64,000 nt of DNA from Mobula hypostoma (taxonomy: Eukaryota): positions 175,896,001 to 175,960,000 of the forward strand of contig NC_086097.1 of NCBI RefSeq assembly GCF_963921235.1, read 5' to 3'. Below the pieces are notes generated by a model that was not told the origin of the DNA, searched no databases, and saw only the letters and a program-made list of their open reading frames with translations. The translations under genes were made by a program, and so were the position numbers. The stretch's first letter is position 1, and the number at the start of each line of letters is the position of its first letter. Of this stretch, positions 51,601 to 57,600 are shown piece after piece.

Positions 51601-54600
51601 CTGCCAGACACTCAGCTCTTGCCTGTGGCTTCAAGTAGCTATTTGCATGTGATACTGGGCACACCCCAGTACAGGTGGGCTAAACTAGGTGAAGGTAGCC
51701 AGTGGGTCTTATACCCCAGTGAGAAAGGGATATGCCTGTCCTGTCATGTGAAATCAATCCCGGCCGACCGGACGGATGAGATCTACAGTGAAACCAAACG
51801 GCCAGGAAGGTGGTTCTGCAACGCTCTGTGGAGAGCAAAGGGAATGACAAGGCATTGAAGAAGTCATGCATCAAAAGTCATCCACTGCAACCAGGAAGAT
51901 CCCAGTTGTGATGTCTACTTGTACCACTGGACCCGGACTTCTGAGGTCAAGAGAGTGGAACTACTCCAATGCAACAGTTTATCCACTTTAAAAACTCTCC
52001 TGCGTAGGGTTCCTATTATTGTCTTATACAATGGACAACAACCAGCAGTATTGATAGTGTTCTAATTTGTTTTGCATTTCATTTAACTGCATAATTTGTC
52101 ACTCAGTTGAACAGTAGTTTGTCCTTTTATACCTACCTTTTTAACTATTTCCAAGAAGCTTTGGTTAATTGGGACAGTCACTTAATTGAGCCAAAATGTA
52201 CTGGCACCAATCTGTCCCAATTAACCGGAATCCACTGAGTATTCTTTTTATTACTCTAGATGGACAGTAGAGAGCATTCTGAATGGTCACATCAAGGTCT
52301 GGTATGGAGTCTCCAATGCCCAGGAGGCAACTCGCTCTAGGACCCTCACTATCCAGTACGTGCTCCCTTCTTGTTACTACCATCAGGGAGGAGGCAAAGG
52401 AGCCTGAAGACCCACACTCAATAATTCAAGAACAGCTTCCTCCTCTCCACTGTTAGATTTCTGAGTGATCCATGAACACCATCTTGTTAAGCCTATTTCT
52501 TGCACTATTTATTTTGTAATTTATATGAATTTTATATATTTGCATTATGATTCTGCTATAGAACAACATTCCAAATTGTGTACAAATGATAATAGATCTG
52601 ATGACCATAATCTGAACTACTTGGATGAATGCAGCTCTGACAGAGGCCAAGAAACTTGACGCAATGCTGGGCAAACACTGTGCCCGTGACAGACTGGGCA
52701 GCGTTTATCACTCTCTGCAGGTTCTGCTCGTCCAGGGCAGGGCAGCTACTATACAGGGCTGACATGCAACCTGTCAGGATACTTCCTATAGCACATCCGT
52801 AGAAGTGGGAGAGAATCCTAGTCTACAAGCCGAATCTTTTCAGACACCTTGGAAAATAAATGCACTGATACCCTTTCTTGACCACATCAGTGGAGTGATC
52901 AGGTGAGGTTGCTAGTGACATGAATTCTTTTTTCAAATTCTATTCTTCTCCAGCCCTTTATCTTTCCCACCAACCTGTCTTCATCTATCACCTTCTAGCT
53001 TGCCCTCCTTCCCCTCCCCCCCTTTTTATTCTAGCATCTTCCCCCTTCCTTTCCAGTCCTGATTTAGAGTCTCAACTTGAAATGCTGACTGTTTATTCAT
53101 TTCCATAGATGGTGCCTGACTTACTGAGTTCCTTTAACATTTTGTGTGTGTTTGCCCTGGATTTCCAGCACCTGCAGAGTCTCTTGTGTGTATACATGTA
53201 CATTACAGTGTGTGGATCAGACCTTTGGACTAAAGCACACTATAAAGGATGATGGGTATAATTGAAAACGAGAGATTCTTGACCACAGAGAGAATAGTAG
53301 CAGCAAACTTATGACTTGAAAGAGACAATTCCAAAAGGCACAGTGGTATCTGTCACAGCCAGGCCCTCTTCCTGGAGGTCAGTTGTACATCTCCAAATGG
53401 ACATTATGCTGTTACCCAAATGTATGGGTAAGAATTATGTACTTGTTTTTGTGTTTGTTATTTCTGTGGGTAGAAGCTTGTCAAACTCTTAGAAGTGATG
53501 CTGTAACTATTGCTAAATTTAGCTCTAGTGTAGTGGTTAGTGCATTGTTTTACAGCACCAGCAATCAGAGTTCAATTTGTGCTGTTGTCTCCAAACACAT
53601 TTCCACATAGGGTTCCTCCCATGTTCCAAAAATGTGCAGGTTAGTGGGCTAATTGCTCACATGGGTGTAACTGGGTGGCACAGGCTCGTAGAGCTGAAAG
53701 GGCCCGTCACCGTACTACATCTCCAAATAAAAATAAAACAAAATAAATATAATTTATTCCTACATTTGATATCCCTGAGACAATGTCAAACAATAACAAT
53801 TCTCATTTCACAGACAGTTTAGTACAGGAATTGACAAAAAGGCATGCAGGACTGGCATCATTTCAACTGCCCATACAACGGAACGGGCTCCTGAAATCGT
53901 GAGAGGAAACTGTGCTTCCATTGGCTCTCATAACAATGTGCTTGTGCTCCAAACAACATGAAATAATATTGGATTGGTACATCGCAGGGGCTTACCAGTT
54001 ACTCCTTCCCTTTCGGTTAAGCAGATGGAGATCTATACTATGAGTGAAAGCATGGAGCAGCATTGTAAAGCACTGACATGGTGCGCTGCCGATATAGCTT
54101 TGAATTGTAATGTGTTCGATTCTCTATTTCACTTTGATAAGGAGACTAGAGCTGTGACAGAAGCATGGGATTGCACTACCATAGAAATGACTCTGCCAAT
54201 ACAACCGTTTAACCATCCGACAATGGACTGCACAAACCTCGTGCTCTGAAGCTGCTTCATGAGGATGAGGATGAAGTTTGTTGTTTCAACCACCATGGGA
54301 TGGGACTATATTTAGGTTAACAGCACGTGCAATGTTTACACCACTAATAACCCTTTGAATCCTATCAATGGTACTTATTGAGGGTGCAGCTGGAGGTCTA
54401 TGATTGGCTGCAGAGGTACCCCTTTTAAAATGGAATTGCTAGCTTGAAGGAGTCCATGGAGGTGCTGTTGCTTTCTGGCCTACGTAACACCATTCATGCA
54501 CAACCTGCCTACATCCAATTGTCTGGGGCTGCTATCGAAGGTCTCAGAGGCCGAGTGTTTCTGAATTGTAGTGTTCCTGTTCTGGGGATATACCAGACCT

Positions 54601-57600
54601 GCTTGTGAGATCATCAGCATGGCCTTTGAGCTGGAAAAATTAGCTACGTTTCACAAACTAGGCCATCAATGACATTACTGCTGAAATGGTGACCCTTCAA
54701 AATCCATTAGCATTCGACTTTTGTTGGTCGAGAAGGGAGGTACTTGAGCCATAATCAGCCAGAAGTGCTGCATGTACATTCCGGATAGGACCGAGAATAT
54801 CACCAATTTAGCTGTGCATATCCAGCTAGAAACTGAAAAGGTTAGGACAAGATTGCAGGAGCTATGCAGGACTCCATTGCCACCTTAGGAATTCTTTAGT
54901 TGGCTTCTTTAGCTGGGGCAACTCAATTGTACAGTGGGCAATGGGAGCCATATTCTTCTTGGTTGTGACATTTGTTTAAAATTCTTGCCTGAGCAGCTGC
55001 CTCATACACATGGAACCCTGTTGCCCCGTTGGAAGTCCATCACGGAATTTTAGAGAGTTTGTGCTACTGAAATTTGCACTGCCCTCTACAGGACAAAAGA
55101 AAAGGGATTAAGTTTAGATAGTGTTCAGTTAGCCCAGGCACAAAAGGTCTTCTAAGAAAAGTTTTCAAGAAGAGTATAGCTCCCCTTTGGGGACAGGAGC
55201 CATTTGTCATGTGGAGACAAGGAAATAATAGAAGGATGCTAGTCACACATCTACTTTACTCACTTCAAAGTATCATCATTTGTTAGCTTGTTGTTTGAGT
55301 ATACCCAGTTTACCATAGTCAATTCTGTATGAAATAACATTCATCTGTTCAAACAAGAACAATGTAGTGATAGGGGTCATGCTCCTTGTGCCAAAGTAAA
55401 TGAAGTATAATTAATGACAATGCAAACTTTCACAGTCCAATTAATTAGCAATGCAATAGGATAAATTAATATAGTTCATTTCTCAGAGTTGGGGACGCAA
55501 GAACTAGAGGGCATAGGCTTAAGGTGAAAGGAGAGAGGTTTAAGAGGAACCTGAGGGGTAACTTCACCCAGAGGGCAGTGGGTATATGGAATGAGCTGCC
55601 AGAGAAATTGGTTGAGGCAGGTATATTAATGATATTTAAAGAGAACTTGGACAGGTACATGGATAAGAAAGGTTTACCAAACTTTGGAAAATGGGCTTGT
55701 TTAGAGGGAAATCATGGTCATCAGAGGCCAGCTGGTCTGAAGGGCCAGTTTCTGTGCTGTATGAGCCAAGAGTCCAGACTATAACATGCTCAGGAGACCA
55801 TTATGCACACAGAATTCCAGATTAAACAGGAAATTAGAAATGTGTGCAATAAAGGAACAGCAGTTATAATGGGTGACTTCAATCTACATGTAGACTGGGT
55901 GAACCAAATTGGTAAAGGTGCTGAGGAAGAGGATTTCTTGGAATGTATGCGGGATGGTTTTTTGAACCAACATGTCGAGGAACCGACTAGAGAGCAGGCT
56001 ATTCTGGACTGGGTTTTGAGCAATGAGGGAGGGTTAATTAGCGATCTTGTCGTGAGAGGACCCTTGGGTAAGAGTGACCATAATATGGTGGAATTCTTCA
56101 TTAACATGGAGAGTGACATAGTTAATTCAGAAACAAAGGTTCTGAACTTAAAGAGGGGTAACTTTGAAGGTATGAGTCGTGAATTAGCTAAGATAGACTG
56201 GCAAATGACACTTAAAGGATTGACGGTGGATATGCAATGGCAGGCATTTAAAGGTTGCATGGATGAACTACAACAATTGTTCATCCCAGTTTGGCAAAAG
56301 AATAAATCAAGGAAGGTAGTGCACCCGTGGCTGACAAGAGAAATTAGGGATAGTATCAATTCCAAAGAAGTAGCATACAAATTAGCCAGAGAAAGTGGCT
56401 CACCTGAGGACTGGGAGAAATTCAGAGTTCAGCAGAGGAGGACAAAGGGCTTAATTAGGAAGGGGAAAAAAGATTATGAGAGAAAACTGGCAGAGAACAT
56501 AAAAACGGACTGTAAAAGCTTTTATAGATATGTAAAAAGGAAAAGACTGATAAAGACAAATGTAGGTCCCCTGCAGACAGAAACAGGTGAATTGATTATG
56601 GGGAGCAAGGACATGGCAGACCAATTGAATAATTACTTTGGTTCTGTCTTCACTAAGGAGGACATAAATAATCTTCCAGAAATAGTAAGGGACAGAGGGT
56701 CCAGTGAGATGGAGGAACTGAGTGAAATACATGTTAGTAGGGAAGTGGTGTTAGGTAAATTGAAGGGATTGAAGGCAGATAAATCCCCAGGGCCAGATGG
56801 TCTGCATCCCAGAGTGCTTAAGGAAGTAGCCCAAGAAATAGTGGATGCATTAGTGATAATTTTTCAAAACTCGTTAGATTCTGGACTAGTTCCTGAGGAT
56901 TGGAGGGTGGCTAATGTAACCCCACTTTTTAAAAAAGGAGGGAGAGAGAAACCGGGGAATTATAGGCCGGTTAGCCTAACGTCGGTGGTGGGGAAACTGC
57001 TGGAGTCAGTTATCAAGGATGTGATAACAGCACATTTGGAAAGCGGTGAAATGATCGGACAAAGTCAGCATGGATTTGTGAAAGGAAAATCATGTCTGAC
57101 GAATCTCATAGAATTTTTTGAGGATGTAACTAGTAGAGTGGATAGGGGAGTACCAGTGGATGTGGTATATTTGGATTTTCAAAAGGCTTTTGACAAGGTC
57201 CCACACAGGAGATTAGTGTGCAAACTTAAAGCACACGGTATTGGGGGTAAGGTATTGGTGTGGGTGGAGAATTGGTTAGCAGACAGGAAGCAAAGAGTGG
57301 GAATAAACGGGACCTTTTCAGAATGGCAGGCGGTGACTAGTGGGGTACCGCAAGGCTCAGTGCTGGGACCCCAGTTGTTTACAATATATATTAATGACTT
57401 GGATGAGGGAACTAAATGCAGCATCTCCAAGTTTGCGGATGACACGAAGCTGGGTGGCAGTGTTAGCAGTGAGGAGGATGCTAAGAGGATGCAGGGTGAC
57501 TTGGATAGGTTGGGTGAGTGGGCAAACTCATGGCAGATGCAATTTAATGTGGATAAATGTGAAGTTATCCACTTTGGTGGCAAAAATAGGAAAACAGATT

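Noticed and set aside
51773..51794. cggatgag...gaaac resembling a hammerhead core
   Set aside because: CGGA instead of CTGA, no stem II pairing and no flanking stems.
55108..55430. Possible 3' LTR of the ERV relic
   Set aside because: It follows a purine tract but has no clear TG...CA ends, no matching 5' copy and no TSD; not called.
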